DNA of 64,000 bases. Source: an uncultured delta proteobacterium. GTDB taxonomy: Bacteria; Myxococcota_A; Polyangia; Polyangiales; Polyangiaceae. The notes beneath the pieces were generated by a model. The model was given only the letters and a program-made list of their open reading frames with translations, had not been told where the DNA came from and searched no databases. The position numbers and the translations under genes were made by a program. The stretch covers positions 896,001 to 960,000 of the forward strand of contig CAWJCS010000002.1 in NCBI GenBank assembly GCA_963841435.1, in the 5' to 3' direction. Shown here in pieces: positions 31,853-41,706 of this stretch (its first letter is position 1; each line of letters starts with the position of its first letter).

Positions 31853-33187
31853 TCACGCGTTTCGCGCGTGGCCGGATCCGCGCGCCGTGATCCTCGCGAT
31901 CACGAGCTTGCGTCGGGGAGCGCGTGCGCCGATCACGAATGCGCCCTCGGCGCGCGGAACCGCGGCATCGACGAGCCGGCGCTTCGAAGCGTGGAGCATC
32001 GCGACGGGTTCTCCGCGCTCCACGGGCTCCCCGACGACGCGCAAAAGCTCGATGCCCGCGGCGTGGTCCACGGCGTCGTCGGCCCTGGTGCGGCCAGCGC
32101 CTAGCGAAAGCGCCACCCAGGCGAGCTCGAGGGGATCGGCCGCGACGAGCACGCCCGCGCGCGGCGCGAGAATCGGCCGACGGTACCGCGCTCGCGGCAG
32201 GCGCTCCGGGTGCTCGACGGCGCTCGTCCGTCCGCCGTGAGCCTTCACCATGCCGAGGAAGCGCTCGAAAGCCGAGCCGTCGGCAAGCGCGCGTTCGAGC
32301 ACGCGCCGCGCCTCCCCGGCCGTCGTCGCGGGCCCTGCGAGCAGCAGCATTTCGACGCCGAGCCTCAGCGTGAGCTCGCGCGCGTCCGCGGGGCCGCCGC
32401 CGTGCAAGAGCTCGATGGCCTCGCGCGTCTCCAGCGCGTTGCCAATCGTGCGCCCGAGGGGCACGTTCATGTCGGTGAGCAGCGCGACGCAGGGTCGTCC
32501 GGCACGCGTCGCCCCGCCGACGAGAGCGCGCGCGAGCGCACGCGCCTGCTTCTCGTCCTTCATGAACGCCCCGCGCCCCACCTTGACGTCGAGCACGAGC
32601 CCGTCGCTGCCGACGGCGAGCTTCTTCGACAGAATGCTGGCGACGATGAGGGGAATCGATTCGACCGTTCCCGTGACGTCGCGCAGCGCGTAGAGCCGGC
32701 GGTCGGCAGGTGCGATTTGCGGCGTCTGGCCGATGATCGAGGCGCCCACTTGGCGCACGACCCGCTCGAAGGCGGCCGCCCCGAGGTCCACGCGGTAGCC
32801 GGGAATGGCCTCGAGCTTGTCGAGCGTCCCGCCCGTGTGCCCGAGGCCGCGCCCGGCGATCATGGGGGAGGCGACGCCGCACGCGGCGACGAGCGGCGCG
32901 AGACAGAGGCTCAGCTTGTCGCCCACGCCACCCGTCGAATGCTTGTCGATCTTGGGGACCTTCACGGAGCGGAGCGGCAGCCCGCGCCCGGACTTCAGCA
33001 TCGCCTGCGTGAGCGCGTGGGTCTCGTCCTCGTCGAGGCCGCGGAGCAGCGCCGCCATGAGCCAGGCGCTCATCTGGTAGTCCGCGACCGCCCCGTCGAG
33101 GTACCCCCGGACGAGCTCGCCAATCTCGCGTGCCTCGAGCCGCCCGCCGTCCCTCTTTCGGATGATCCACTCGACGGGGCTCGGCAC
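31853..33187 (-). CDS. pdp: Pyrimidine-nucleoside (thymidine) phosphorylase
   Basis: [60 protein letters not shown]. Confidence 0.95.
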   Translation of the reverse strand: MPSPVEWIIRKRDGGRLEAREIGELVRGYLDGAVADYQMSAWLMAALLRGLDEDETHALTQAMLKSGRGLPLRSVKVPKIDKHSTGGVGDKLSLCLAPLVAACGVASPMIAGRGLGHTGGTLDKLEAIPGYRVDLGAAAFERVVRQVGASIIGQTPQIAPADRRLYALRDVTGTVESIPLIVASILSKKLAVGSDGLVLDVKVGRGAFMKDEKQARALARALVGGATRAGRPCVALLTDMNVPLGRTIGNALETREAIELLHGGGPADARELTLRLGVEMLLLAGPATTAGEARRVLERALADGSAFERFLGMVKAHGGRTSAVEHPERLPRARYRRPILAPRAGVLVAADPLELAWVALSLGAGRTRADDAVDHAAGIELLRVVGEPVERGEPVAMLHASKRRLVDAAVPRAEGAFVIGARAPRRKLVIARITARGSGHARNA

Positions 33188-33274
33188 GGCCGTCGAGCCT
33201 ATCAGGCCGGTCGAGGCCGAACGAGGGTGGCCTCACGTGGCGGTCGGCCGCCATCTCACGTAGCCTGCGCCGTC

Positions 33275-34330
33275 GTGGAACGAAAGCCACGCGGCCGGCC
33301 TGCCGGCAGGTTCACCCAGCACCGCCGCCTCGATCGGCTGCGCGAGATCCTCGGGCGTCACCCCAAGGGCCTCTCGCTCTACGAGCTCGCCGATGCGCTC
33401 GGCGTCACCGTGCGCACGATGCGCCGCTACATGGTGGAGATGGAGCGCGAGTTCGATCTCGAAAGCGCTCCGGTCAAGCCCGGCGGGCAGCTGCTCTGGC
33501 GGCTTCGCTCGAACGAGATCCCGCGCAAGCTCGAGCTCCGGCGCACGCAGGCCTACGCGCTGCTCGCCGCGCAGCGCGTGTTCGAGCCCATGCGCGGCTC
33601 CGCGCTCTTCGAGGAGATCGACATGGCGATCAGCAAGCTGCTCGCGGTCGCTCAGCGCCCCGGCCGAGGCCCGAACGCGGGGCTCGCCGACGCCCGGCTC
33701 GAGCAGCGCTTCATGTACCTGCCGCACGCGCCCAAGAACTACGCGCAGAAGACCGAGGAGCTCGACGACCTCTTCCAGGCCGTCTCCGATCTTCGCCCCC
33801 TCTCCCTGCTCTACAAGAGCGCGGCTCGATCCGAGGAAGAGCGCATCATGGTGCACCCCTATGCGCTCGTCCTCCACCGCGATTCCATCTACTTCGTCGG
33901 GTACCACGTGGGGCGCGGGGAAATTCGCACGTTCGTGCTCGATCGCATGCGGGACACGCAATGCGCCGTCACGGAGCGCTTCGAGCTTCCCCAAGACTTC
34001 GACGTCACCGAGTACTTCCAGGGCGAGTTCGGGATCTGGCGCGACACGACGCCCCACAAGGTCGTCGTCGAGTTCGACGCGCAGGCGGCCGACTACGTCC
34101 GCATGCGCACCGTGCACGCCTCGCAAAAGCTCCAGAGCATCGCGGGGGGCGGCCTCCGGCTCACGATGACCGTCGGCAATCTCACGCCCGTCGTGAGCTG
34201 GGTGCTCGAGTGGGGCCGGCGTGCCCGTGCCGTCGAGCCGCCGGAGCTCGTCGAGCGGGTCCAGGCCGAGCTCGAGGGGGCCCTCGCGACGTACCGGGAG
34301 CGCGGCGCCGCGAAGAAGGCCGCACGCTAG
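33275..34330 (+). CDS. HTH-WYL-WCX transcriptional regulator (PafC/DriD-like architecture)
   Basis: N-terminal HTH (ELADALGVTVRTMRRY); WYL core (VHPYALV..IYFVGY..IRTFVLDRM); WCX (WVLEWG..AVEPPEL). GTG start is tentative. Confidence 0.9.
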   Translation: MERKPRGRPAGRFTQHRRLDRLREILGRHPKGLSLYELADALGVTVRTMRRYMVEMEREFDLESAPVKPGGQLLWRLRSNEIPRKLELRRTQAYALLAAQRVFEPMRGSALFEEIDMAISKLLAVAQRPGRGPNAGLADARLEQRFMYLPHAPKNYAQKTEELDDLFQAVSDLRPLSLLYKSAARSEEERIMVHPYALVLHRDSIYFVGYHVGRGEIRTFVLDRMRDTQCAVTERFELPQDFDVTEYFQGEFGIWRDTTPHKVVVEFDAQAADYVRMRTVHASQKLQSIAGGGLRLTMTVGNLTPVVSWVLEWGRRARAVEPPELVERVQAELEGALATYRERGAAKKAAR

Positions 34331-34376
34331 TCTCGAATTGGGCGCTCTCGGAAGAACGGATCGCGACGGCGCGGCG

Positions 34377-35009
34377 TCAGCGGGCGGCGCGGTTGGTGCG
34401 GTATTCCGAAAGGACGCGCTTTACGTATTCGGTCGTCTCCGGGAACGGCGGGATGCCGCCGTGACGAATCACCGCGTTTTCGCCCGCGTTGTAGGCCGCG
34501 ATCGTGAGCTGGAGGTCGCCGTTGAAGAGGTTCGCGAGCACCCGCAGGTAGCGCACGCCGCCGAAGATGTTTTGCCGCGGGTCGAAGATGTCCGTCACCA
34601 TCATGCGCTCGGCCGTTTCGGGGATGAGCTGCATGAGACCGCGCGCATTGGCCGGGGACACGGCGCGTGGATCGAAGTCGCTCTCCACGCGGATGACGGC
34701 GCGAATGAGCTCCTCCGGGATCTGATAGAGGATCGCGGCCTGGCGGATGTGGTCATCGTAGCGGGAGAAGCGAGCGGCGGACCCGTCGGCGGGCATGCGC
34801 GCCTTGGACGCGGTGTCGGTGCGCACCACGAGGCTTGCGCCCTTCTTCGGAGTGTTGGTGAAGCTGATGACGCCGTCGGGCCCCACCGTCTTGAAGATAT
34901 CGGCCTGGCTCTGCCCCGAAAGGGTGAGCGCGCCGAGCGCCAGCGTGAGGGCGGCACCGGCACCCCCGCGTCGGCGGGCGGAGCGCGAGGCGGCGTTGCG
35001 GCAGAGCAT
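34377..35009 (-). CDS. Lytic transglycosylase (SLT domain) with a DUF4124-like N-terminal segment
   Basis: ADIFKTVGPDGVISFTNTP; AVIRVESDF, ARGLMQLIP, AAYNAGE, PETTEYV. Confidence 0.9.
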   Translation of the reverse strand: MLCRNAASRSARRRGGAGAALTLALGALTLSGQSQADIFKTVGPDGVISFTNTPKKGASLVVRTDTASKARMPADGSAARFSRYDDHIRQAAILYQIPEELIRAVIRVESDFDPRAVSPANARGLMQLIPETAERMMVTDIFDPRQNIFGGVRYLRVLANLFNGDLQLTIAAYNAGENAVIRHGGIPPFPETTEYVKRVLSEYRTNRAAR

Positions 35010-35184
35010 GGGAATCTCGATCTTAGCCGGGGGCGCCTCGCGGCGACCAACAAATCCGGCCGATTCCAGTAACGCCGGAAGGTCCCGACGCATTCCGGCG
35101 GCGCTTTCGGGGCGGCTCGAGGGCGTGGTCTCGGGTGGTCGCAAGCCCCCGGGGTACCGCTCGCTCCCGCCGCTTCGGCCTGGG

Positions 35185-37146
35185 TCAGTCTTCCGTGAGG
35201 TAGGTGTAGCTCCGGAGCGAGTCTTCGTAGTGCTGCATGAGCGTGCGCATCTGCTCGTTGGTGATGCGCCCTTCGCTCACCGCGCGCTCGGCCTGACGAC
35301 GCACGCCGTCGACCATCTGTTCGGGCTGGTACTCGACGTAGCGGAGCACGTCCGACACGCTGTCGCCCTTGATGACGTGGCTGATCTGATAGCCCGTGTC
35401 GGTGAGCTCTACGTGTACGGCGTTCGTGTCGCCGAAGAGGTTGTGTAGATCACCGAGGATTTCCTGGTAGGCGCCGTTCAGGAACATACCGAGGAAGTAA
35501 TGCTCGCCCTCGCGCAGGGCGTGCACGTCGAGCGTGCTCTTCACGTCTTCAACGTCGATGAAGTGATCGATCATGCCGTCGCTGTCACAGGTGAGGTCGG
35601 CGAGCGTTGCCGCGACGGTCGGCTCCTCGTCGAGCCGGTGAATCGGCATGATCGGGAAGAGGTGGTCGATGGCCCAGATGTCGGGCGCCGACTGGAAGAG
35701 CGAGAAGTTGCAGTAGTAGATCGCGCTCAGGTTCTTCTCGAGGTGCTGAAGCTCCTCGGGAATGAACTTCAGGCGCCGGAGGGTGTGCTGGATCTTCTCG
35801 CAGCAGTTCCAGAAGAGCCGCTCCACCTGCGCGCGCTCGCGGAGCGTGAGGTAGCCGTACTTGAAGAGGCTCTGTGCCTCCTCCTTGGCCTGGCTCGCGT
35901 CGTGGTAGCTCTCCTGAACGTTCTTCGGCTGGATGCCGCGGTACGTGTCGTAGAGCTCGCGGAGCAGGCGGTGCGCGTCGGGGCGCGGCTCATGCGGCTC
36001 GCCGAAGCGCATCTGGCTGCGACCGACCACCTCGAGCACGAGCACGGAGTGATGCGCGGCGATGGCACGCCCGCTCTCGCTGACGATCGTCGGGACGGGC
36101 AGGCTCGACTTCTGGCACGCCGCCTGAATGTGCGAGACCACGTCGGCCGCGTACTCGTCGAGCTGGTAGTTCTTGGAGGCGTGAAAATCGGTCTTCGAGC
36201 CGTCGTAATCGACGGCGAGGCCGCCGCCGACGTCGAGGTACCCCATCTTGCAGCCCATCTTGCCGAGCTCGACGTAGATGTTCGACGCCTCCTGCATGGC
36301 GTTCTTGATCGGGATGATGCTCGAGATCTGGCTGCCAATGTGAAAATGCAGGAGCTGGAGCGAGTCGAGCATGCCGCGGTCGGCGAGCCTGTCGACGACC
36401 TCCACGATCTCGGAGGTGGTGAGGCCGAACTTCGCGCGATCGCCCGCCGAATCCGCCCAGCGGCCCACGCCGCGCGTCGTGAGCTTCGCGCGCACGCCGA
36501 GGATCGGCCGGATGCCGACCTTCTCCGAGGCACGGAGCACGATTTCGAGCTCCTCGAGGCGCTCGAGCACGACGATCACGGTCTTGTCGAACTTCTGCGC
36601 GACGAGCGCCGTCTCGATGTACTTCTGATCCTTGTAGCCGTTGCAGATGATGAGACCGCCGACGTCCTGCATCGCGGAGAGGGCAATCAAGAGCTCGGGC
36701 TTGCTACCCGCCTCGAGACCGAAGCTCCAGCTTCTGCCGTAGCGCACGATTTCTTCCACGAGGTGGCGCTGCTGGTTCACCTTCACGGGGTACACGCCGC
36801 GGTAGATGCCCGGGTACTCGTATTCGGCGATGGCTTTCGCGAAGGCCTCGTTGAGGCGACGGATGCGATCGCCAACGATGTCCGAGAAGCGAATCAGGAG
36901 CGGCAGCTCGAGCCCGCGTGCGCGAAGCTCCAGCGTGAGGTCGTGCAGGTTGATGGCCTGCGCGCGATCGGGGTTCGGCGTGACCTCGACCTGTCCACGC
37001 GCGTTGACCTGGAAGTACGGTGCGCCCCAACCCGTGATCTGGTAGCGCTGCGCGCTCCGCTCGGGTGACCAGGGCGCGGTTTCGTCGGGCGCGCCCGTCG
37101 GGGAACGACGAACGACATCGAGTGCAGCATCCATGGCGGAGGCCAT
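35185..37146 (-). CDS. speA: Biosynthetic arginine decarboxylase
   Basis: YPVKVNQ, GLEAGSKPEL, HFHIGSQ, DVGGGL.VDYDG, SESGRA, TCDSDG, GAYQEILGDLHNLFGD. Confidence 0.97.
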   Translation of the reverse strand: MASAMDAALDVVRRSPTGAPDETAPWSPERSAQRYQITGWGAPYFQVNARGQVEVTPNPDRAQAINLHDLTLELRARGLELPLLIRFSDIVGDRIRRLNEAFAKAIAEYEYPGIYRGVYPVKVNQQRHLVEEIVRYGRSWSFGLEAGSKPELLIALSAMQDVGGLIICNGYKDQKYIETALVAQKFDKTVIVVLERLEELEIVLRASEKVGIRPILGVRAKLTTRGVGRWADSAGDRAKFGLTTSEIVEVVDRLADRGMLDSLQLLHFHIGSQISSIIPIKNAMQEASNIYVELGKMGCKMGYLDVGGGLAVDYDGSKTDFHASKNYQLDEYAADVVSHIQAACQKSSLPVPTIVSESGRAIAAHHSVLVLEVVGRSQMRFGEPHEPRPDAHRLLRELYDTYRGIQPKNVQESYHDASQAKEEAQSLFKYGYLTLRERAQVERLFWNCCEKIQHTLRRLKFIPEELQHLEKNLSAIYYCNFSLFQSAPDIWAIDHLFPIMPIHRLDEEPTVAATLADLTCDSDGMIDHFIDVEDVKSTLDVHALREGEHYFLGMFLNGAYQEILGDLHNLFGDTNAVHVELTDTGYQISHVIKGDSVSDVLRYVEYQPEQMVDGVRRQAERAVSEGRITNEQMRTLMQHYEDSLRSYTYLTED

Positions 37147-37376
37147 TAGTTTGCCACCGTGAATCGTCAAGGAATGTCTCGCGTCATGGACCGTGAGCGC
37201 GGTGCAAGCAAGCACCGGGCCCGCACAGGCTTGGCCGGACTATACCGGATCTTTTCCGAACTGCGACATCAACGTCATCGGCGCGCCCTGCCGGTGCCTC
37301 GCGACTCGGCGCGCCACGCCCCATGCCCGTGCCCGGCACCCATGCAGAGCGCCCTGCCCGGCGCCGCCGCCACTCT

Positions 37377-38333
37377 TCAGCCGCCCGTGAAGAAGACGGT
37401 GGGCAGGGCGTCGCGGCGAAACAGGGCGAGGAAGTCCATCGAGAACGCGACGGTGATGTGCACGAGAAAGCCCGCATAAATGCTGCGGGTTCTGAGCGCG
37501 AGCGACCCGAGCACGATGCCCGCGACGATCGCTCCGTTGGTCTCGAGGTACGGCTTGCCGTAGTGGATCATGCAGTAGGGCACCGCCATCGCGAAGACGG
37601 CGGCCGACCCCATGGTCCGGCGCAACGCTCCGAGCATCCACCCACGGAAGAACAGCTCGAGCGCCAGGAACTGGCAGCCGTACATCGCCTCCCAGGCAAG
37701 GTAGTCGGCCCAGCTCCGCGAGGCGCCCTTGTAGAAAGGGTAATAAGTGCCGAAGTCGGGCTGGCTGGCGACGAGCAGCATCGTGGGGAGCACGATGGCG
37801 AGGCAGAGGCCGTAGATCCAGAGATGGCTGAAAAAGCCTCTGCCCCTGAGGCCCATGTCGAGCAGGCTGTCCTTCGGAAAGAGGAGCTTCCAGAGCGGCA
37901 GCGGGATGAAGACGTAGCCGACCACGCGCGTCAGGGCCCACCAGGCGTAGCCGTAGAGCTCGTCGAAGCGGGCCGTCTGCAGCGTGGTGTTGCCCGCCGC
38001 CTCGAGCTCGCGAAACCAGGGCCGGATCAGGGCGTCATAGAGCTGCCGGCCGCCGTAATACTCCTGCAGGGTGAGCACGATGGCCGTGATGACGAGACAC
38101 GCCGCGGGCCGCAGGTCCTGCTCACCTGCGTGCGCGGCGCGCTCGGCCGCCGCCTCGGCGTCGACGTCGCGCCAAGTATCGCGAAAGAACCACCAGACCG
38201 CGGGGGCGAGCGCAGCGAGCACCGGGATCGGCAGGAGCGCCTTGACGGGCGGGTACGCGAGGATCCACTCGAAGTAGGACGGCTCGGCCAAGCGCGTCAG
38301 CGGCAGGCGGGGCACCGCGGGGAGGCCGAGCAT
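37377..38333 (-). CDS. CPBP (CAAX prenyl protease-like) intramembrane glutamic endopeptidase
   Basis: Multiple TM segments; LELFFRG, PYCMIHYGKP, GIVLGSLALRTRSI..GFLVH. Confidence 0.85.
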   Translation of the reverse strand: MLGLPAVPRLPLTRLAEPSYFEWILAYPPVKALLPIPVLAALAPAVWWFFRDTWRDVDAEAAAERAAHAGEQDLRPAACLVITAIVLTLQEYYGGRQLYDALIRPWFRELEAAGNTTLQTARFDELYGYAWWALTRVVGYVFIPLPLWKLLFPKDSLLDMGLRGRGFFSHLWIYGLCLAIVLPTMLLVASQPDFGTYYPFYKGASRSWADYLAWEAMYGCQFLALELFFRGWMLGALRRTMGSAAVFAMAVPYCMIHYGKPYLETNGAIVAGIVLGSLALRTRSIYAGFLVHITVAFSMDFLALFRRDALPTVFFTGG

Positions 38334-38356
38334 GTCCGGGGGAGCCTACACGAGGG

Positions 38357-39790
38357 TCAGGCGGGCACGAGGCTCGGTGATCGCCGGAGTCGCGAAAGAG
38401 AGCGCTGCTTGCCGAGCACCGCCATGACCTCGAAGAGGGGAGGGCTGGCAGCGCGGCCCGTCAGCGCCACGCGTGCCGGCTGCGCCACGTCCTTCATGGC
38501 GCGGCCGCGAGCGTCGCAAAACTCGCGCACCCGGCTCTCCAGGCTCGTGGTGTCCCACGCGGGGGTGCCCTCGAGCGCCCCGGCGAGCTCCACGAGCAGG
38601 GCGGCGGCCGCAGCGTCGAGCAGCTTTTCGCGGGCCTTGTCGTCGAGCTCGGGGGGCTCGCGGAAGTAAAAGTCGAGGTCGAGGGCGGCATCTTTGAAGT
38701 TGCGGGCCCGCTCCCGGATGCCGGGGATGGCGGCGAGCAGGAGGTCGGGGTCGGGCTCGCCGATGCCGCGCTCGGCGAGAAACGGGCGGACGGCGGCGGC
38801 GTACTCGGCGAGTGGCGTGAGGTCGTCGCGCTTCAGGTGCTCGAACGCCACGTCGGCGAATTTCTTGTCGTCGAACTTGCCGTCGCTCTTGTTGACCCGA
38901 TCCCAGCCGAATAGCCGGATGAGCTCGTCGCGCCCGAAGATCTCCTGGTCGCCCGACGACCAGCCGAAACGGACGATGTAGTTGAGCACGCCCATCGGCG
39001 GGTAGCCGCGCGCCCGGTAGTCCTGGACGGAGACGTCGGCGTGGCGCTTGCTGAGCTTCTCGCCCTTGGGCGAAAGCATCATCGGCAGGTGCGCGAACTC
39101 GGGCGGCTGCCAGCCGAACGCCTGGTAGATGAGGAGCTGCTGCGGCGTATTGCCGATGTGGTCACGCGCGCGCGCCACGAGCGTGATGTCCATCAGATGG
39201 TCGTCGACGGTGGCGGCGAGGTTGTAGAGCGGGTAGCCGTCGGTGCGCACGAGCACGAAGTCCTGCTGTGCCCGATTGGGCGTGCTCACGGCGCCGAACA
39301 CCTTGTCGACGAAGTCGGTGCTGCCTTCGCGTGGCGTCTTGAAGCGCACCACGTGCGGCAGGTCGGGCTGGTCGGTGCGGTCGCGGCAGGTGCCGGGGTA
39401 CACGAACGCCGCCTTCGGGTTTCTCGCCTTGAGCGCCTCGCGCTGCCGGTCGAGCTCCTCTTTGGTGCAAAAACAGCGGTAGGCCTTGCCCTCGCCGATG
39501 AGCCGCTCGGTGTGCTCGCGGTAGAGGGCCTTGCGCTCACTCTGGAAGTAGGGGCCGTAGGAGCCTCCCACCTCGGGCCCCTCGTCCCAGTCGATGCCGA
39601 GCCAGCGGAAGGCGTCGAGGATGGCGCGCACGCTCTCGATGGAGCTTCGCTCCTGGTCGGTGTCCTCCACCCGCATCACGAACGTTCCGCCCTGGTTTTT
39701 GGCCCAGAGCCAGTTGAAAAGGGCGGTCCGGGCCCCGCCGATGTGGAGGTACCCGCTCGGGGAGGGGGCGAACCTGAGACGGGGTTTCAT
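38357..39790 (-). CDS. gltX: Glutamate--tRNA ligase
   Basis: RFAPSPSGYLHIGG, RVEDTD, YFQSER, VDDHLM, KLSKRH. Confidence 0.96.
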   Translation of the reverse strand: MKPRLRFAPSPSGYLHIGGARTALFNWLWAKNQGGTFVMRVEDTDQERSSIESVRAILDAFRWLGIDWDEGPEVGGSYGPYFQSERKALYREHTERLIGEGKAYRCFCTKEELDRQREALKARNPKAAFVYPGTCRDRTDQPDLPHVVRFKTPREGSTDFVDKVFGAVSTPNRAQQDFVLVRTDGYPLYNLAATVDDHLMDITLVARARDHIGNTPQQLLIYQAFGWQPPEFAHLPMMLSPKGEKLSKRHADVSVQDYRARGYPPMGVLNYIVRFGWSSGDQEIFGRDELIRLFGWDRVNKSDGKFDDKKFADVAFEHLKRDDLTPLAEYAAAVRPFLAERGIGEPDPDLLLAAIPGIRERARNFKDAALDLDFYFREPPELDDKAREKLLDAAAAALLVELAGALEGTPAWDTTSLESRVREFCDARGRAMKDVAQPARVALTGRAASPPLFEVMAVLGKQRSLSRLRRSPSLVPA

Positions 39791-39894
39791 CGGGCCGCCC
39801 GCGTAGCACCGGCCGGGGGGACTGTCACTCCCCGGTTGCAAGGCCGGGGTGCGGCTGATAATAGCCCGCTCCCACCTGGGAAGGCGAAATCACC

Positions 39895-40326
39895 ATGGCC
39901 AAGGCGCCGCTCGTTTCCGTGAAAGAAAAGTTCGAGACCAAGGCGAAGCTCGTCGCCGCCGTCGAGAAGCTCGCAACTGGGGACCTCTGGGTCAACCGTG
40001 TCAGCGACGTAAAAGGCCTCGGCCGGGTTTCGAACGCCAAGCTCCTCAAGCTGCACTCGCTGCTCACCGACGCGAAGCAGCGTTTCGGCAGCCGCGACAA
40101 GCTCGTCGGCGCGATCCTCGAGCTCGACAAGCGACAGAAGGACAAGGACCTCGCGACCAAGCTCGGCCACTACCCGCTGCCGCAGCTGCTCGACCTCCAC
40201 CGCGCGCTCAGCAAGCGCCAGAAGGGCGCTCAGGCCACCGCCAAGCTGGCGGCCCCCAAGGCCGCGGCCGAGCCGGCTGCCGCGAAGAAGGCAACCGCCA
40301 AGAAGGCGCCCGAAAAGAAGGCCTGA
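39895..40326 (+). CDS. Basic hypothetical protein with an internal duplication and Lys/Ala-rich tail
   Basis: Clean ORF, divergent from gltX; Lys-rich; tail AAKKATAKKAPEKKA. Confidence 0.8.
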   Translation: MAKAPLVSVKEKFETKAKLVAAVEKLATGDLWVNRVSDVKGLGRVSNAKLLKLHSLLTDAKQRFGSRDKLVGAILELDKRQKDKDLATKLGHYPLPQLLDLHRALSKRQKGAQATAKLAAPKAAAEPAAAKKATAKKAPEKKA

Positions 40327-40362
40327 CGAAGCGATCTCGGATCGTGCTCGGCGGGCCGCCGC

Positions 40363-40875
40363 TCAGCGCAGGCCCTTTTCGGCGACGAAGCGGTTCGTGA
40401 ATTCCGCGCCCTTGTCGTACGAACGCTTGAGATCCTGCACCATGCGCTGCTCGAGCAGGCCCCCCACGGCGAAGATGCGCGCGGTGACCGAGCCTTCCAC
40501 GACCAGCCGGCATTTTCCGTCAGCAGCGGGCGCGGTGCTCATCGTGATCTCGACGCGCACCTTGTCGCCCATGCGGTTCGGCGACGCCTGGGCCTCGTAG
40601 CGGCGCCCGCCGTTGGTGAGCAAGCCGCGCTCCTCGTAGGCGATGCCCTCGCCAATCACGGCCTTCAGAGCGCCAGGCACGTCGCCGATGCGCGGGGTGG
40701 CCTTCACCACGCGGCGCAGCTTGTCTCCCTCCTGCTTGCGTTCCGTCTCCCGCCACTCGGTGAAGTGGAGCTCGTCGAAGAAAAGGCGGCGGTTGTACTC
40801 GTCGTCGAGGAAGACCTTTTCCCAGTAGGTCTCCTCCGAGCACTCGAGCAAATTGTCAGTGCGAAAGCCGGGCAT
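40363..40875 (-). CDS. DUF2505-like (SRPBCC/START-fold) protein
   Basis: 170 aa, pattern ..YWEKVFLD..YEERG..VEGSVTARIFAVGGLLEQRMVQDL. Recognised by eye. Confidence 0.65.
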   Translation of the reverse strand: MPGFRTDNLLECSEETYWEKVFLDDEYNRRLFFDELHFTEWRETERKQEGDKLRRVVKATPRIGDVPGALKAVIGEGIAYEERGLLTNGGRRYEAQASPNRMGDKVRVEITMSTAPAADGKCRLVVEGSVTARIFAVGGLLEQRMVQDLKRSYDKGAEFTNRFVAEKGLR

Positions 40876-40965
40876 GAGGGTCGAGGGCCGGACTTTAGCA
40901 TCACTTTTGCCGCTCCTTCGGGTCAGTTTCTTCGATTCCAGGGGGCCTGGGCTAGCATCGCCGCC

Positions 40966-41700
40966 ATGACCAGCGCAGGAGCGCACGGCGAGCACCGGCC
41001 GGATCCCCCCGTCCGGCGCCCCCTTGGGTGGGGCGCTCAGGCGGCCCTCGTGCTCAAGAAGGACCTCGCCGTCGAGGCGCGCACGGGTCAGGTCGTCGTG
41101 ACGAGCGGCTACTTCGCCCTGCTCCTCGTCGTGCTCGCCTCGCTCTCGCTGTTCGGGGGCCCGAGCTCGGCGCGGCTCGTCGCGTCGGGCGTCATCTGGC
41201 TCTCGATCACGTTTGCGGCCGTGCTCGCGCTCGGCAGGGCCTTCCAGCGTGAGCGCGAGGAGTCGGCGCTCGACGGCCTACTCGTGGCGCCGCTTTCGCG
41301 CAGCGCCCTGTTCGCCGGTAAGGCGCTCGGCGTGCTCGGCTTCCTGTTCGCGATCGCGCTCGTGGTCATCCCCCTCGCGGCGCTCCTGTTCTCGCTCGAC
41401 CTCGAGCGCTACGGCGTCGGGCTCGCGTGCATCGCCCTGTTCGCGCTACCCGGCGTCGCGGCGTCGGGCACACTGTTCGGCGCCATGACGGTGCGCACGG
41501 GCGCGCGCGATCTCCTGCTCGCCGTCGTGCTGTTCCCGTTGATTTCGCCGACGCTGCTCGCCGCCGTCGCCGGTACTCGCGAGCTGTTCGGCGGCGCGAC
41601 ACTCGCCGAGCTCGGCGACTACTTCCGCCTCATGGCGGTGTTCGACGCCGTGTTCATTGCGGGCGGCCTGGCGTTGTTCGGGACGCTCGTCGAAGGGTAG
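40966..41700 (+). CDS. ccmB: Heme exporter permease CcmB
   Basis: LKKDLAVEAR, GVIWL, FQREREESALDGLLVAP, RDLLLAVVLFPL; about six TM segments. Confidence 0.88.
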   Translation: MTSAGAHGEHRPDPPVRRPLGWGAQAALVLKKDLAVEARTGQVVVTSGYFALLLVVLASLSLFGGPSSARLVASGVIWLSITFAAVLALGRAFQREREESALDGLLVAPLSRSALFAGKALGVLGFLFAIALVVIPLAALLFSLDLERYGVGLACIALFALPGVAASGTLFGAMTVRTGARDLLLAVVLFPLISPTLLAAVAGTRELFGGATLAELGDYFRLMAVFDAVFIAGGLALFGTLVEG

Positions 41701-41706
41701 GCGGCG

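Noticed and set aside
28842..32240. 1132-aa ORF as a giant MetRS fusion
   Set aside because: The N-terminal part is antisense to the SDR gene, and the C-terminal part is out-of-frame read-through after the frameshift at about 31349.
32210..33274. N-terminal extension of the WYL ORF to 706 aa
   Set aside because: Antisense to pdp; the HTH begins only after about 33275.
37377..38333. CPBP protease as a myxosortase
   Set aside because: The family is plausible, but I cannot assign the subfamily by eye and saw no clear MYXO-CTERM substrate nearby.
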